A stretch of DNA of 64,000 bases, taken from Pristiophorus japonicus. Its lineage: Eukaryota. This document shows, in pieces, positions 25,215 through 39,084 of the stretch. Under the pieces are notes generated by a model that worked only from the letters and a program-made list of their open reading frames with translations, was not told the DNA's origin and made no database searches. The stretch spans positions 103,788,001 to 103,852,000 of the forward strand of contig NC_091982.1 in the NCBI RefSeq assembly GCF_044704955.1, given 5' to 3'. Each line of letters begins with the position of its first letter. The first letter of the stretch is position 1. The position numbers and the translations under genes are program-made.

Positions 25215-26608
25215 CCGTGAGGGACTATGGAGCGTTGTCCTCCATTTCGGCTGCCCCCAAAAGTTTGTCACCATCATCCGCCTGCTCCATGATGACGTAC
25301 AAACCATGACCCTGACCAATGGATCCACCACAGACCCAATTCACATAGGGATCAGGGTCAAGTAGGGCTGCATCATCGTGCCAATGCTCTTCTCGATCTT
25401 CCTTGCCGCAATGCTCCATCTCACTCTCAACAAGCTCCCCAGGAGCTGGAGTGGAACTAAACTATAGAATCAATGGTAACCTGTTCAACTTTCGTCACCT
25501 CCAGGTTAGATCTACATAAGAATTAGGAACAGGAGTAGGCCATCTAGCCACTCGAGCCTGCTCCGCCATTCAACGAGATCATGGTCGTCCCATCCTCTGT
25601 CATCGAACTACAGTACGCGAAAGACGCTTGCGTCTGCGCACATTCAGAGGTGGAACTCCAAGCCAGTGTCAACATCTTCACCGAGGCGTACGAAACCATG
25701 GGCCTTACACTAAACATCCGTAAGACAAAGGTCCTCCAACAACCTGACCCCGCAACACAGCACTGCCACCCAGTCATCAAAATACACGGCACGGCCTTGG
25801 ACAATGTGGACCATTTTCCATACTATCGGCGCCTACTATCAGCAAGGGTAGACATCGATGACGAGGTCCAACACCGCCTCTAGTGTGCCAGCACAGCCTT
25901 CAGTCGCCTGAAGAAGAGAGTGTTTGAAGACGAGGACCTCAAATCTGGCACCAAGCTTTATGGTCTACAGGGCAGTAGTGATACCCACCCTCCTATATGG
26001 ATCAGAGACGTGAACCATATACAGTTGACATCTTAAAGCGCTGGAGAAGTACCACCAAACACTGCCTCTGCAAGATCCTCCAAATCCACTGAGAGGATAG
26101 ACGCACCAACGTCAAGTGTTCTTGCTCAGGCCAACATCCCCAGCATCGAAGCACTGACCATACTTGACCAGCTCCGTTGGGCAGGCCACATCGTCTGCAT
26201 ACCTGACACAAGACTTCCAAAGCAAGCGCTCTACTCGTAACTCCTACATGGCAGGCGATCCCCAGGTGGGCAGAAGAAACACTTCAAGGACACCCTCAAA
26301 ACCTCCTTGACAAAGTGCAACATCCCCACTGGCATCTGGGAATCCCTGGCCTAAGATCACCCAAAATGGAGGAAGAACATTCGGGAGGGCGTTGAGCACC
26401 TCGAGTCTCATTGCCAAGAGCATGCAGAAACCAAGTGCAGACAGCGGAAAGAGCATGCAGCAAAGCAGACTCCCCACCCACCCTTTCCTTCAACCACTGT
26501 CTGTCTGTCCCACCTGTGACAGAGACTGTAATTCCCGTATTGGACTGTACAGTCACCTGAGAACTCACTTTTAGAGTGGAAGCAAGTTTTACTCGATTTT
26601 GAAGGACC
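25215..26608 (+). mobile_element. RTE-clade LINE, 5'-truncated and decayed
   Basis: ELQYAKDA (YADD remnant), GLTLNIRKTKVL, DNVDHFPY and terminal C2H2 CPTCDRDCNSRIGLYSHLRTH; contains a ~70-bp inverted CR1 tail at ~25514-25582. Confidence 0.88.
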
Positions 26609-27925
26609 GAGATGAGGAGAAACTTCTTCAGCCAGAGAGTGGTGAACCTGTGGAATTCTCTACCACAGAAAGTTGTTGAGGCCAATTCACTAAATATATT
26701 CAAAAAGGAGTTAGATGTAGTCCTTACTACTCGGGGGATCAAGGGGTATGGCGAGAAAGCAGGAATGGGGTACTGAAGTTGCATGTTCAGCCATGAGCTC
26801 ATTGAATGGCGGTGCAGGCTCGAGGGGCCGAATGGCCTACTCCTGCACCTATTTTCTATGTCTATGATGATGACTGTCCCCTACCACTACCACATTCCTT
26901 TTTACTCCCCCCAATTTGAATGGCCCCCTGTACCACAGTGCTTGGTCAGTTTGCTGATCCTCCCTGCAGTCCTTGCTCTCATCCACACAGGGAGCAAGAG
27001 CCTCGAACCTGTTGGACAGAGCAAGGGCTGAGGCCCCTCCATCACCAAGTCCTGGATCCCCATACCTGCCTTGCTCATAGTCACCATCCTGTCCCTAACC
27101 AAGACCAAATTTGAATTATGTAACTAAAGGGGTTGACTCTCTGCTTGAACACAGCATCCAGGGAACTCTCCCCCTCCCAGTTGTGTCGCAGTATTTGAAG
27201 CTTGGACTCCAGCTCATCAACACGGAGCGGAAGTTTCTCGAGCTGTAGACACTTACTGCAGATGGGGACAGTATAGTTGGGATAGATACTGTTCTCTGCA
27301 GCCGAGAAGGTTATGTTGCCTGCCACGGTTAAGGACATCTCTTCTGGGCTGGAGAGGAACTTGGAGTGGGAGGGGAAAGATCCAGTTGTCGTGATCCATG
27401 TAGATACCAATGACATAGGTAGGATAAACAAAGGTTCTGCTGAGGGAGTATGAGCAGCTAGGGACTAAATTAAAAAGCAGAACCACAAAGGTAATAATCT
27501 TTGGATCACTACCTGAGCCACGAGCAAATTTGCATAGTGTAAATAGGATCAGAGAAATGAACACGTGGCTCAAGGATTGGTATGGGAGGAATGGGTTTCA
27601 ATTCATGGGCACTGGGATAGAAGAGAGCTGTTCTGTCGGGACGGACTTCATTTGAACCAGTGTCCTGGCGAATCAAATAACTAGGGCTGTAGATAGGGCT
27701 TTAAACTAAATGGGGGGAGGGGGAATGGAAATGTAAAAAGTCAAAGAGAAAGGAGAAGGCAAAAGTGCAGGGTAGCAATAGGAGAAATGACAACTAGCGT
27801 GTGATAGGTAGGGGCAGAGCGTATACACAAGACAAAATTAAAAGTTCTATATCTAAACGCACATAACAAGATAGCTGAGTTGACGTCACAAATAGAAATA
27901 AATGGATATGATCGGATTGCCGTTA

Positions 27926-28290
27926 CATCATCATAAGTGGTCCTTCATATCGAGGATGATTTGTTTCCACGCCAAAAAGGGATGTGTTCACAGGTGATTC
28001 AATGAAGGACCTAATATTCCAGGTCCTGAACTACATGTTGAAGGGTGGAAGATGTCTGTTCGTGGATTTTTTTAACGTGTGGTGGCTTTTGCACACCAAC
28101 CACCACACGGGCTTGACAGAGCTAGGTCTTGGTTTAGTGGCAAGGATTAACCAAGACGACTGGAGACCAACTCTGCTGCACAGACCTAGTGCGCACACAT
28201 TGCCGTGTGGCTGGGCCGTGCTGCCCCTGGACCCTTGCTTCTTCTGGGCTTCGATCACGTCGCTCCACAATCTCTCGCCGCTCCTCCGCA
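27926..28290 (-). mobile_element. Second copy of the RTE-tailed short element, inserted in the CR1 APE domain
   Basis: Reverse complement of 18435-18793; splits the CR1 motif IAVT|ETWLQG. Confidence 0.75.
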
Positions 28291-29021
28291 CCGAGACGTG
28301 GTTGCAAGGTGACCAAGGCTGGGAACTGAATATTCAGGGGTATCTGCCATTTCGTAAGGATAGGCAGAAAGGAAAATGAGGTGTGGTAGCTCTGTTAATA
28401 AGGGATAAGATCAGTGCAATAGTGAGAAATGATATTGGTTCAGAAGATCAAACCGTCGAATCAGTTTGGGTGGGGATAAGAAATAATAAGGGAAAGAAAT
28501 CACTAGTGGGAGTGGTCTACAGACCCCCAATAGGCACACTGTAGGACAGAGTCTAAATCAAGAAATAATGGAGGCTTGTACAGCAATAATCACGGGCAAT
28601 TTTAATCTTCATATTGATTGGACAAATCAAATTCACAAACGTAGCCTTGAGGAAGAGTTCATAGAGTGTATGCAGGATGGCTTCTTGGAACAATACATTG
28701 TGCAACCAATCAGGGAGCAGACTATTATAGATCTGGTAATGTGTAACAAGTCTGGATTAATTAATGATTTTGCAGTGAAGGATCCTCTTGGGAAGAGTGA
28801 TCATAGCATAGTAGAATTTCAAATTCAGTTTGAGGGTGAGAAAGCTCGGTCTCAATCTAGTGCCCTGAACTTAAATAAAGGTCATTCCAAAGGTAGCAAG
28901 GCAGAGTTGGTTAAAGTGGACTGGGAAAATATATTAAAGGGTAAGATTGTAGAAAAGTAGTGACAAACGTTTAAGGAGATATTTCATAACTCAGCAAAGA
29001 TATATTCCAGTGAGAAACAAA

Positions 29022-29600
29022 GGGCTAGAAATTGCATTGGCTTACCGCCCGGTTTCTGAGCAGTATTGGCCATTGTGGGTGATAACCAGGTTGGCCAGAA
29101 ATTGCCTAGCTGAGTTATGCCGGCGGTTTAGAGGTACTACTGGGGTGCGGACTACCAGCGTGCACCGTCCTCAGATCGCCCTGGCGCAATATTTGACGCA
29201 AGTATAAAAAAAAACGCCCACGAGAATCAGCAGAGGTGAGTAGGTCTGCAAGAAAAAGGTTAGTAATTGTTTTTTTTTGCTCATTATTTTAAATTCTGTT
29301 GTGGTGATTTAAGTTAAAAGGGTCTTGAGAATGTTATGATTTTTTTATGTTCTGTTTATTGAAAAAATATTTTTATCGTTTTTCTCCTCGGCCCAACCTG
29401 TAGCCTCAGGGTAAATTTTTAGTGAGTTTTTTTGTTTATCACTCATTTTCTTTAGGAACTGCCTAATTAACATTTTTTTTTGGTGGGTGGATTTATTTTG
29501 GGGGGGGGGGGGGTTGTTTTCACCGGCAATAATCTTGGGAATCTTAGCGGTCTTTTGGGTGGCAATCGGGCGTTGGCGGGCTGTTAGGAAATTCTAGCCC
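29022..29600. mobile_element. Harbinger-type MITE in CR1
   Basis: TIR GGGCTAGAAWTT at both ends, TSD AAA on both sides. Confidence 0.85.
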
Positions 29601-32334
29601 AAAGACTAAGAGAAGGATGAACCATCCCTGGCTAACTAAGGAAGTAAAGGATGGTATCAAATTGAAAACAAAGGCATACAATGTTGCAAAGAACAGTGGA
29701 AGGCCAGAGGATTGGGAAATTTTTAGAAACCAGGAAAGGATGACTTAAAAAAATGATAAAGACAGAGAAGATGGCATATGAGAGTAAACTAGCAAGAAAT
29801 AAAACAGGAAGCGAGTAGTTAAAGTAAACGTTGATCCCTTAGAGGATGATACTGGTGAATTAATAATAAGTAACAAGGAAATGGCAGAGACTTTGAACAA
29901 ATATTTTGGATCGGTCCATGTATTTGGATTTCCAGAAAACATTTGATAAGATGCCACATAAAATTGCACAAGATAATAAATAGCTCACAGGATTGGGGGT
30001 AATATATTAACGTGGATAGAGGATTGGCTAACAGAAAACAGAGAGTTGGGATAAATGGGTCATTTTCAGGTTGGCAAACTTTAATTAATGGGGTGCCACA
30101 GGGATCAGTGCTGGAGCCTCAACTACTTACAATTTATATTAATGACTTAGATGAAGGGACCGATTGTAATGTGGCCAAATTTGCTGATGATACAAAAGAT
30201 AGGTGGGAAAGCAAGTTGTGAGGAGGATGCAAAGAATCTGCAAAGAGATATAGATAGGCTCAGTGAGAAGGCAAAAATTTGGCAGATGGAGTATAATATA
30301 GGAAAATGTGAGGTTATCCACTTTGGTCGGAAAAATAAAAAAGCAAATTATTATTTAAATGGGGAGAGATTACAAAATGCTGCAGTACAGAGGATCTGGG
30401 GATTCTTGTACATGAAACACACAAAGTTAGTATGCATGTACAGCAAGTAATCAGGAAGACACATGGAATGTTGGCCTTTATTGCAAGGGGGATGGAGTAT
30501 AAAAACAGGGAAGTCCAGCTCCAACTGCGTTGGTAAGACCACACCTGGAGTACGGTGTGCAGTTTTGGTCTCCTTATTTAAGGAAGGTATACTTGCATTC
30601 AAAGTAGCTCTCGAGGTTGATGTCTGAGATGAAGGGATTGTCATATGAAGATTGAGCAGCTTGGGCCTCATTGGAATTTGGAAGAATGAGAAGTGATCTT
30701 ATCGAAACATAAGATTCTGAGGGGGCTTGACAGGGTAGATGCAGAGAGGTTGTTTCCCTCGCGGGGGAATCTAGAACTAGGGGCCATAGTTTCAGAATAA
30801 AGGGTTTTAAGACAGAAATGAGGAGGAATTTCTTCTCAGAAGGTCATGAATTTTTGGAATTCTCTACCCCAGGGAGCTGTGGAGGCTGGCTCTTCGAATA
30901 TATTAAAGGTGGAGATAAACAGATTTTTGAATGATAAGGGAGTCAAGGGTTATGGGGAGGGGGTTGCAAAGTGCTGCAGTACAGAGGACCTGCGGGTCCT
31001 TGTGCATGCAACACAAAAAGTGAGTATGCAGGTACAGCAAGTAATCAGGAAGGCAAATGGAATGTTGGCCTTTATTGCAAGGGGGATAAAGCATAAAAGC
31101 AGAGAAGTCCTGCTACAACTGTACAGAGCATTAGTGAGGCCACACCTGGAGTACTGCGTACAGTTTTGGTCTCAGTATTTAAGGAAGGATATACTTGCAT
31201 TGGAGGCTGTTCAAGAAGGTTTACTAGGTTGATTCCGGAGATGAAGGGGTTGACTTATGAAGATAGGTTGAGTAGGTCAGGCCTATACTCATTGGAGTTC
31301 AGAAGAATGAGGGGTGATCTTATCGAAACATATAAGATAATGAGGGGGCTAGACAAGGTGGATGCAGAGAGGATATTTCCACTCATGGGGGAAACTAAAA
31401 CTAGGGAGCATAGTCTCAGAATAAGGGGCTGCTCATTTAAAACTGAGATGAGGAGGAATTTATTCTGAGGGTTGTAAATCTATGGAATTCTCTGCCCCAG
31501 AGAGCTGTGGAGGCTGGGTCATTGAATATATTTAAGGTGGAGATACACATATTTTTGAGTGATAAGGGAATAAAGGGTCATGGGGAGCGGACAGAGAAGT
31601 GGAGCCGAGTCCATGATCAGATCAGCCATGATCTTATTAAATGGCGGAGCAGGCTCGAGGAGCCAGGTGGCCTACTCCTGCTCCTATTTCTTATGTTATC
31701 ATGGATCGTGTCATTTACATGTTAAAGCAATGCTTCAGTTGCTACAGCCTGGCAGAACATACTTTATTCTGTCCAATGCACATGCACAGAACTCCATTCA
31801 CCGCTCACTTAAGTTTGTAAAGTCCTAGTAGATCCAAGTGGGTCCTCTAATCACATTATTTTTAAAACAGGTTTGACACTGCATGGGGGCTCTATTCCAT
31901 GCAGTATCAAACCCAAGTAGGGACGGAGGCCAATGTCACACGCTGCTCCAGAGTCAGGTTGGGAGCCAGCCCACGAGTTGGACACCCAGAAAAGCACATT
32001 TGCAGTAATTGGGAGCAGGGATCCTGTATTAGTTTCCCTTCCCTAATGCAAGGGGGCGCTGAAGCCAATTGTAGGTCCCCTTCCGCTGTTCTGGTTAAGA
32101 TCAGCTAACAGCGCAGACAGGAGCGCGAATTGCTGGTCTGACATTCTCGCCTAGCAGTCAGAAGATTGAGAGTTCAAGGCCTACTCCAACCGAGGCTGAC
32201 ACTGCTGCACAGGACTGAAGTGGTGCTGCATGGCGAAAAGCATCATCCTTCAAACAACACAATACAATGAGGTGTCGTCTGCCTGCTGCAGTGGTTCATA
32301 CATTGATCCCAAAATTATATTAAGCAGAGATAAA

Positions 32335-33073
32335 GGGGCTGATATTCACCTTGGCCCGAAACGGGTTGCACCTTCCGCTCCTTAAGTGTTTTTTCTGCTG
32401 CGTCGGATGGGGTTGCCTCTTTCGGTAAATTCAGCTCTGTCGTTTTTTTGAAGCGGACTGGAAGTTGGTCATAATGGAGGCGGAAGTGGGGCAGGACGGT
32501 GTCTCCGCCACTGTCAGTCAGCAGCAGAGCGGTGATGATGTCATTACGCGTGTGCGTCACTGCATCTCTCCCCTTCACTTAAAAGGGAGAGAAGCAGCGA
32601 TTCTTTAGGTTCAGTCCACTGGGCCAACAGGGAGGAGTTCAGCCGAGCCATCGGTCTGGCACCCATGAGGGGGTGCCCAGCTGCCTGTTGGTGGACTGGC
32701 AGTACCTGGGGGCATAATTGTCCGTTCAACATGGAAGTCGACCGGCAAAAAAAAATGGCGGCTACGGCAGTGGGCCGTTGCCTTTAATGGCCGCCGCGCA
32801 GCCAAGTCCCACACAGAAAATAAGATGCACCCGCAGATTGTGGATTTTTGCAGGTGAATTTGGCTGGAGATGCGATTGAGGTGCGGCCTTTGATGACGAA
32901 CTTAGGACCGGTCGGCAGCAGCAGGGCGGAAGTGGGGACCACCAGAAAAATCCCCGAGCTAAATTTCGTTGGCAGCGGCCATTGGACCGTAAGTCAGCAG
33001 CCGCTCTATTCCGCCACCTTGCCGCTGCTTTCTGGCGGTAAGAGGCGTTTTTGGGGAGCTGAATTTCGACCCC
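32335..33073. mobile_element. Harbinger-type MITE just downstream of PLS3
   Basis: Imperfect TIR GGGGCTGATATTCA versus GGGGTCGAAATTCA, TSD AAA, GC-rich interior. Confidence 0.7.
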
Positions 33074-33154
33074 AAAATTTGCTGGATCATCTATTGCTTT
33101 CCTGCTTAACCTGGAAAAAGTAGAACATTTTGTACACTGGAAAAAAAACAAAGT

Positions 33155-34262
33155 ATCACATATGTATCAAAACTTTTATTTTCATCAACCTTTGCCACCA
33201 TTTCCATACAATATTAATGAAAGCTTTGCTGAGCAATTAAAAATTTAGATTAGTAAACGCTAAATCCCAGGACTTAAAACACACCTCAAACATCTTGGCA
33301 TTTTCCACTTTGGGAACCCTGAGATGAACCAAAGCACCCCAAAGGCCCTACTTTTCCAACACGTTTAATTCTGATGCAGTTCTCTAAACTCAAGAACTTT
33401 GGCACTTTTCTGCATAAAATGATTGCGTAATATTTTAAATAAAATGTATTGATCTCTTATGTGGCTTTTTTTTAAAAAGCAATTTTAAAAAGATATCAAG
33501 ATACAGAGTAAAATGCTTCATAATTACTTGGACAATGGAATGTACTGAAGGCTATACCTGGAAAGAAAAGTTAGAAGGGCAATGCAATCTTCACCAAAAA
33601 TAAAATACACACAGAAAATGCTTCAACTGCACAATATGTCAGTCAGCATCGCTAAATAGTAAAAAAGTTTGGTCTAGAATCTTTCATTGTAACTTATACT
33701 GCAAATTGTGTTGAGTCACAGAAGAATAGCAATGTTGGGCTAGAATATATAGTGAACAGTATGCACACATCATGGGGGAAAAAAATCACCAAGTTAATTA
33801 TATGGAATGCAACAAAGAGCAGTGATTGTCAAATTCTGTAAAAGTGAGATCTTTAGTTTTTGTTCAAAAATGAGAACCATCTCGATTACATCACCAATTA
33901 CCTCTAAACCAAACAGTCTAAAGCCAACTTCAAAAAGCCCAGCATAATCCATGTCCGACCACAATATATGATCAGTACTCTAATTGAGGGGGAGAAACCT
34001 GATGGTGCAGATATAACAGAGTATATTGGCATCTTCTGTGTTTATATATGAATACATTTCATTGTGTACCTTGCTAAATTAATGGATTACCATTTCAGGA
34101 AAAAATAATATATGCAATCCTCTCTTCCCAAGCACCTTGTTCTAGTCTTGGAAAGCAAAAAAACAAAACTAGTTCTGCCAACAGTATATTTCAACCTGGA
34201 AATATCTGAAAGGCCAATCGTTTGCTTGTGGTGACATTTATCTTGATAAGTCAGCATCTTGT
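33155..34262 (-). other. PLS3: PLS3 3' UTR with probable polyadenylation signal
   Basis: AT-rich stretch after the stop codon with no repeats that I recognise. AATAAA on the minus strand at 33175-33180 is followed by a T/GT-rich tract. The cleavage site is inferred. Confidence 0.65.
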
Positions 34263-34415
<153 letters not shown>

Positions 34416-34617
34416 TCACTACTGCTCATTTTCCATCTGCATCACCTGTTGCATTTAAATATAGCTCTTTTCCGTTTGCAAACTATTTATTAAGCTACTT
34501 TTCACAGATCATGTGAGTTCCAAGTACAGATACTGTGTGTAGAAATTATATAATATTTGCTATTGCACAGGGCCAGATGTTTTAAATGCTCTGCACGTGC
34601 CTAGATTGTAAAGTTGT

Positions 34618-35067
34618 TTATATGAAGAGAGGTTGAGCAGGTTAGGCCTATACTCATTGGAGTTTAGAAGAATGAGAGGTGATCTTATTAAAATGTGTAA
34701 GATTCAGAAAGGGCTTGACAGGGTAGATGCAGAGAGGATGTTTCCCCTCGTGGGGGAATCTAGAACTAGGGGGCATAGTTTCAGAATAAGGGGTCGCCCA
34801 TTTAAAATGGAAATGAGGAAGAATTTCTTCTCGGAGGGTCATAAATCTATGGAATTCTCTGCCCTAGAGCTGTGGAGGATGGGTCATTGAATATATTTAA
34901 GGTGGAGATAGACAGATTTTTAAATGATAAGGAAGTCAAGGGTTATGGGGGGAGTGCAGGGAAATGGAGTTGAGGCCAAGATCAGATCAGCCATGATCTT
35001 ATTAAATGGTGGAACAGGCTCAAGGGGCCAATAGCCTACTCCTGCTCCTATTTCTTATGTTCTTGTA
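34618..35067 (+). mobile_element. CR1 3' fragment in the last PLS3 intron
   Basis: [18 protein letters not shown] and the CR1 3' tail. Confidence 0.9.
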
Positions 35068-35207
35068 TGACGGTCTTTTTCCAGTAATACTTAACGATTT
35101 CTAACACAAATCTAATTTACTATCAAATACATTCACAATTGACTTTCTACATGAGTATAAGAGAAACGGTGTCACTTAAAAGTACCAATAAAGTTCAGGC
35201 AACATAC

Positions 35208-35332
35208 TTGGCATTGTCTTGCTTATCGTCATCAGAAAGGACCCCAGTCTTCACCAGTTCATAGTTAATAGAGTTAGGTTGAATAGCATCAATCAAATCC
35301 AGTATCGGCAAACTTGAACTTAAGTTCCTGTC
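35208..35332 (-). CDS. PLS3: Plastin-3 penultimate coding exon (125 nt)
   Basis: acacag|...|gtatgt boundaries. Encodes [41 protein letters not shown](K), in CH4. Confidence 0.94.
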
Positions 35333-35464
35333 CTGTGTAAAGTAGTTTTTGCATTAGATTATGAATTGTTACAATCCCTTATGTCTCTTTGAAGCACCTG
35401 GTGACATTTGTGTCCTGAAAAGCTGCTATATAAATGCAAGTTTGTTTTGTTATTACATTCAGCA

Positions 35465-35912
35465 AGAAAAAACAGACTTCCATTTATATACTTTTCACAT
35501 ATCAGGACATCCCAAAGTACTTTGCAGCTGATGAACCAACTTTTGAAGTGCAGTCACTATTGTTGTGTAGGCAAATGTGACAGATAATTTTCAAACAGCA
35601 AGCTCTGGCAAACTGTAAATATGTTAAATCACAGAATAATGTTTTCTGATTGTGCTGATTGAAAGATAAATCTTGCCAGGATACCAGTAGAACTTGCTGT
35701 TTTTCAAAAAAGTACCATGGGATCCTTTACATCCACTTCAACAGATTGGGCTGCGGTTTAACATCCAAAAGTTGGCATCTCCAACAATGCAGCATTCCCT
35801 CAGTACTGTACTGAAGCATCAGTCTTGGTTATGTGCTAAAGTCCTGGAAGGGGTTTGAATCAATGACCATGTGCCTAAGATGAGAGTGTGAGATCAATGA
35901 GCAAAGCTGACA
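35465..35912 (-). mobile_element. Deu-type SINE (further copies at ~36660-36990 plus and ~61695-62095 minus)
   Basis: Reverse complement of the 245-545 motifs, with a tRNA-like head (tcagc...ggttc) at the high-coordinate end. Confidence 0.6.
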
Positions 35913-38129
35913 ATGGGAGAAGCTAAAGCACTGGACACTGTAATACAAGGTAGACCTCCTATTTAGGTAACAACAAAAAGGATCAGAATAGCTACTCCAC
36001 AGGATATATTTACACTTTTGTTATTTATCTCCTTCATTTGGAGAACCACTATTTTGGGATACCTTCTCAGCTATTCATCACTATCTTATGGTAACATAGT
36101 CATTACTGCAGATAGGTCAATGCTCATGACTTTAGCAGGCCACTCTGTCCTCCCAGCTGAAACCTGACCGCCCCCGTCTTGCACAGCATAAACCAAAAGC
36201 AAACCTGTGCTTCTCAGTCTTTGAGTCCACCTCTCTGTAGAATACCTTGTCAACTAGGTGCCAGCATAATTTAGTACCCTTTTTGTGTCCATCTTGACTT
36301 CGCCTTCTTCCAATCAGAGTAGTGTGTCTTTTTACCTCTTTCACATAGAATCATAGAATGGTTACAGCACAGAAGGAGGCCATTCGGCCCGTCAAGCCCG
36401 TGCTAACTCTCTGCAAGAACACTTCAGCTAGTCCCACTCCTCTGCCCTTTCCCCTTCCCCATAGCCCTGCAATTTTTTCCTTCAGGTACTTATCCAAATC
36501 CCTTTTGAAAGCCACGCTTAGATCTGCTTCCACCACCCTTTCAGGCAGTGCATTCCAGATCCTAACAACTTGCTGCGTACAAAAGTTTTTCCTTCATGTC
36601 ACCTTTGGCGCATATCTGGGGAAGTAGCTGCAATTTTCGCAGGTACGTAAATTCATCCATCACTTCCATTTCATCATCATCAGTACCCAGTGAGTCAGTA
36701 AAGCAAGTCTCTGTCTCCTGTCCCAGAGATTCAGAGGATGTTGAAAATTCCCAGATATGCAATTAAAGAGCAAGGAGCTCTCCCAGTGTCTGAGGCAACA
36801 TTTTTCTCCCTCAACCAACATCACCAAAACAAATAAAATCATCATACCTCACTGCTATTTGTGTGTCTTGTGTGCAAAATTACTGCCGCATTTAGCAACA
36901 TACAGTTCATTTCCCAACACATTGCAATTGAAAGCAATTTGTTGTATGTTTAGTGCTTTGAGATGTTTGAAGAACATGTTACACTGCTACACATATGCAC
37001 ATGTCTTTTTGGTGTCCTTATATTATGAGCTCAGGGAAGCAGAGGACGATCTCTCACTTCTTTTCTTCATTATCCATTCCCTTACCCAACCAAGAAGCCA
37101 GTAAGAATACCACCATTCAGGTCCTTTAATAGATTCTGGCCTAGTCTTGTGTGTTTAAGATCAACATTTTGATTTAACAAATACCCTTTTGAAGATTTTT
37201 ATGCCAGTCTATGTGTGTTATATGACTGAAGATGCATTGCCCTCAGATGGTAATGGAACAGGTCCTCAATACGAAGGCCAAAACTCAGATCACAAGATAA
37301 TTATCGATGACGAAGGCCATTTGGCCAAACCTAATTTGTCAAACCAGAGAGATCCTAAAGTCTACCCATTTCAGCACCTTCACTGCTCTTCGTAGGACCT
37401 TATTCCAAACATTGATCACTCTGTGTGAAGAATACTTTCTAATATGAGACCTAAATTTGCCTTTTACTACTTTGAACCCGTGTTCCCCATAGAATTTAAT
37501 TTAAATATTCCAGATTTGCTTTTTCTATTCCCTTAACCATATGATACATCTCCACTAGATCACTTCTCAGACACCACTTTGGCCTCTGACCATTGAATTT
37601 CTACTCCTTTCTCCGTGCAGGAGTTGTTGAGAGGAGAGAGAAGGAAGAACGAGAAAGGAAGGAGTGAAAGAAAGGAAGGAGAAGAGAAATAGGAGTAAGA
37701 GGAGAGATGAATGGAGAGAGGGGAGAGAATCAGAAAGAAAATGAGAATGTAAGAGACACAAGGAGTGCAGCAGTTGCTCACTTGTTAGTGGTTATGGTTT
37801 GAAACAATCAGGAGAGAGTTAAACAGACTGGTACCTGTCAGAGAGATTACAATTTAAGAAAAAAGCAACATAATATTTGGATTGGAACAACGGAGGGCTA
37901 GGGAGAAATAAATTTAGCAAGACTGATCCACAAGATCCATGTGAGTAAAAGGGAGATCTGGAGAATCTTTCAAGTCCATGATTTGTTGATTAAATGTTAA
38001 TAGTGTACAAAAATAACTAGTTTATGAATATCTTTGTATGCATCATTGTTGCTTGAAATGTATGTACTTAGTCATTGCGCTAATGATCACAAGACTAAAT
38101 TAAAATCCCGACTGTAATAATTGTGTTTT

Positions 38130-38891
38130 GTAGGTAACAGAGCGTTGGAAAAGCCAGTATGAGATGGTTGTGTTGGTGCCTCCTGTGTGAAGCATGGGAA
38201 CGGTCAAGTGCATTGCTTAATGTGGGCAAAGTGACACAGTAGAATTGGGAACCAAGAGTGGTAGGAGATGGAGTGAGTAGGAAAGAAGAGGCAAGCTCCT
38301 ACTCAAACTCTAGTCTGAACACCTACGAGGGATTCTTCCTTAGGATGTACAATGTTACCTGCACTGTGGTGACAACGTACTTGATTGAGGAAGGAATCCA
38401 GGTGTGTGTAAAATGATCAAGGCAAAGGAACTACTGTGTTACTACCACCGCAACTATTGTTTTACAGGACTAACAGGTCCTGTCCCATTGAAAGGTCCAG
38501 TGTTGTTTTACTCCGCATCCACACACAATCATCAAACAATACATTTTAATCAAATCCTATGCTCAAATTAAACTGATATTAAATGAGACACTCAAGTATG
38601 CACTGCACAATTATGAGGAATGATATTCCACTGTTGTCTGAGGACTTCAGTGAGCTCGTGATGCGACTGAACTCCTTGAAGAATTTCTATGTACTAGAGC
38701 AAGAAAACTCGAGAATAGATGTTGAAATTGAAAGCACAGGAGATGCGTCACACTGGTGGGATATTGGACTTAGTACATCAGCTCGCCCTTGGGTTCGTAT
38801 TATTTCACACACTCGGGTAGTTCTCCAACTTGTAATGATAGGGTATTTGATATATGTAACTAGTGTAGTAAAAAATGTTAAAAAGGCTTAA
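38130..38891 (+). pseudogene. Possible retroviral env-like remnant
   Basis: Cys-containing motifs GNYCVTTT and CCFTP, then in ORF 38583..38891 a heptad-like helix, HWWDIG, a hydrophobic segment and a short basic tail. Confidence 0.4.
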
Positions 38892-39084
38892 GCACCTCAC
38901 TGGACAGCTAGAAGTGTCTCAACTCTGGAAGGAAATTAAGTGAAGGAAGAATTCCCTTTTTGACTTGACTTATAAGCCAAATGTGTATCATTATCATGAT
39001 ATTACGAATTAATGACACACACATATAACTGAGGAAGATCCGAAGCAGTGTAGAGGTAGGGTAAGATCAGGAAGAAATGAGGTG

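Larger units (their letters stand above)
27100..31698 (+). mobile_element. Near full-length decayed CR1 with ORF1 (SGNH esterase) and ORF2, plus an adjoining second CR1 3' piece
   Basis: Esterase remnant VKDISSGLERNLEWEGKDPVVVIHVDTNDIG at ~27330-27420; inverted ORF1 zinc/leucine-zipper piece CSKCLQLEKLPLRVDELE at ~27100-27265; ORF2 fragments to the tail at ~31698. Confidence 0.82.
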
